Shown: in pieces, positions 62,150-64,000 of the stretch
Numbering within the stretch: the stretch's first letter is position 1
Layout: every line of letters starts with the position of its first letter
Source: Nitrosopumilus sp.
Lineage (GTDB): Archaea > Thermoproteota > Nitrososphaeria > Nitrososphaerales > Nitrosopumilaceae
Length of the DNA stretch: 64,000 nt
Assembly (NCBI GenBank): GCA_965218695.1
Contig: OZ244651.1
Coordinates: 192,001 to 256,000, forward strand
Direction: 5' to 3'
Notes under the pieces: generated by a model
The model's input: only the letters and a program-made list of their open reading frames with translations
Databases searched by the model: none
What the model was told of the DNA's origin: nothing
Program-made: the position numbers and the translations under genes

Positions 62150-62500
62150 TCATGATGATACATCACCCTGACTGTTTGGCCTGCTACCGCCCATCTTGTC
62201 TGAAATGATCTTTCGCAGCTCCTCGTCTGTCTTTCCATCCACGCTGGCCCCTGCCGACTTTGCCATTGCCTCAAGCTTCTCCCTCTCTGTTCCCACGGGC
62301 CCTGTAATCTCCTGCATCTTGCCTGATGCATCATCCATGTGCTCCTGTATGCCTTTTTTGGCCTTGTTGTATTCGTTGACTGCCTTTCCAATCTTCCTTG
62401 CAGTGCCTGGAAGCTTTCCTGTACCCAGAATGAGGATCAGTGCTGCAAATATGATGATTATCCACTCGCTACCGCCTATGTTCAGCCCATACTCCTGCAT
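62150..62500 (-). CDS. tatA: Twin-arginine translocase TatA/E family subunit
   Basis: GGSEWIII...GTGKLPGTARKIGKAVNEY. Confidence 0.85.
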   Translation of the reverse strand: MQEYGLNIGGSEWIIIIFAALILILGTGKLPGTARKIGKAVNEYNKAKKGIQEHMDDASGKMQEITGPVGTEREKLEAMAKSAGASVDGKTDEELRKIISDKMGGSRPNSQGDVSS

Positions 62501-62886
62501 GGTGTGTAATGGTCAGGATTGAAATTAAATGTAATGTTGTTTGATTGACCGGACCTGGCATGAACTCCCTGGTTCACAAAAAAAAGGACAGACCTGTCAG
62601 TTCCAGACCTGCGTGTCTAAGTTGCAGGCTACCAGGGTCACCGGCAGGAACCACAATGTGCGTAAAATGTTTTTCAGGAATTAATCCCAAATTATGCAGA
62701 CTGATAACACGCATCCTTCTGATTGGGCGCCTGCAGGCCGTCTGAGAATGTCCCTGACAGGTTTTGCCATTTTTTATCCTGTCTGGAAACCCGCATATTC
62801 TCCGATGTCCGTACCTTATCCCCTCACGGAAACTGCCTGTCTGTGGCGTCGGGATTTGGCCATGCATTATTCTGCATGGAAATGGC

Positions 62887-64000
62887 CTAGCTTCGAATCC
62901 ATTGGGGCTCCAGACTCTTTCTTGAGAGTACTGCCATGACGGTAACTGCGATTCCTATCGCAAACAACACCACGTACGGCATTCCGCCTCCAAACGACTG
63001 CGTCAGCGAGCCTCCGATAATCGGACCAACCGCCCACCCTGCACCAAACACGGCCTCGTACGCGCCGATCATTCTGCCTGACATCTTGCTCTGGGTCTTG
63101 GTCAGGATTATCTCCAAGGTAAGCGGAAATATCACGCTGAACCCGAACCCCATCAGGATGACGGCAAGTACAAACCCGGCAAACGAGTCTGCAACAGCCG
63201 AGATGCCAAGCCCCGCTGCAAGCGTAAACGCTGCAACAATCAAGGTCAGACTCGTCCTTCTTGCAACCTTTCCTGTCAGTCCCAGCGAGACTACGCGCGA
63301 GATCCCGAGGATAAAGAACAGCATCAGGATGTCCGTGTCTGTCATACCCCTGTCGTTGAGGAATGCCGGATAGATTGTAAGGACTATTCCCAAAGACGAC
63401 GTGCAGAAGATCAGCATGACGATTATCTGCGGGAATCTCCTCATCTCCCTGATTGACACAAACGAGAACTTTTGGATACTTTTTTTGGGATCCCCTCTGG
63501 ACTCCCTTTTTAGGACCATGAGTGCTGCCACTATTGCCACCACCACAGACAGCCCTGTCATCTCAAAGAGCATCCTGTAGGTGACGTCTGCGTTCTCAAG
63601 CAGAAACGATCCGATCATGGGGCCTATCATAAACCCTATTGCAAAGAACATCGTAAACCATGAGATGTTTCTCACCCTGTCTCTTCTGGAGCTGTGGTTG
63701 GATATGATGGACTCGCACGGCGGCCAGAAGAACGCGTGGGACACGCCTATCATGATCCTGAGCAGTACCATCTCAGGAACCGTCTGCACGACCGAGAGAA
63801 GGTATATCGAGGTCATGCTGATTGCGGTCCCTGCCACCAGCAGGTACCCGCTGTTGAATCTGTCAAGCAGAATGCCTACAAAAAGAGGAATGAACATGTA
63901 TGGGATGAAATTGGCCAGTCCGATGATGCCAAGATCAGAGTATGATGCGCCGACCACGTTCTTGGCAAAGACAGGCAGGATCGGCCCGTGCAGTCCGTAG
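62887..64000 (-). CDS. MFS transporter (5' end outside the window)
   Basis: Many TM helices, GILLDRF motif A; frame stays open to the window edge. Confidence 0.88.
   Translation of the reverse strand, partial: YGLHGPILPVFAKNVVGASYSDLGIIGLANFIPYMFIPLFVGILLDRFNSGYLLVAGTAISMTSIYLLSVVQTVPEMVLLRIMIGVSHAFFWPPCESIISNHSSRRDRVRNISWFTMFFAIGFMIGPMIGSFLLENADVTYRMLFEMTGLSVVVAIVAALMVLKRESRGDPKKSIQKFSFVSIREMRRFPQIIVMLIFCTSSLGIVLTIYPAFLNDRGMTDTDILMLFFILGISRVVSLGLTGKVARRTSLTLIVAAFTLAAGLGISAVADSFAGFVLAVILMGFGFSVIFPLTLEIILTKTQSKMSGRMIGAYEAVFGAGWAVGPIIGGSLTQSFGGGMPYVVLFAIGIAVTVMAVLSRKSLEPQWIRS

Overview
Archaeal chromosomal segment, most likely from a Nitrosopumilaceae/Cenarchaeum-like thaumarchaeote (type IB topoisomerase, RPC34-like TFE-beta, Rpo4, L21e, S30e, RadA, Nop5/fibrillarin, tRNA with a bulge-helix-bulge intron). 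About 33 of the 64 kb (about 25 elements) are insertion sequences: IS5-like, ISH3/IS4-like, single-ORF IS66-like, IS630 and IS110/IS1111-like. They are concentrated in 8 chromosomal sites and disrupt no host CDS that I can see. Two patterns stand out. (1) All four IS110 copies sit exactly 10 bp inside the terminal inverted repeat (TIR) of IS5-family elements (target TG|CRTAATT). One IS5 element has an IS110 in both TIRs, and the IS110 3' non-coding region carries candidate target and donor guides, as expected for a bridge/seekRNA. (2) Seven of eight chromosomal insertion sites end 3-8 bp upstream of a putative TATA box, exactly 6 bp for all four promoter-proximal 9-bp target-site duplications (TSDs). 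Different ISs reuse the same target, building stacks that appear to grow from the promoter-proximal end. All calls are by eye from sequence and motifs; no database searches were run.
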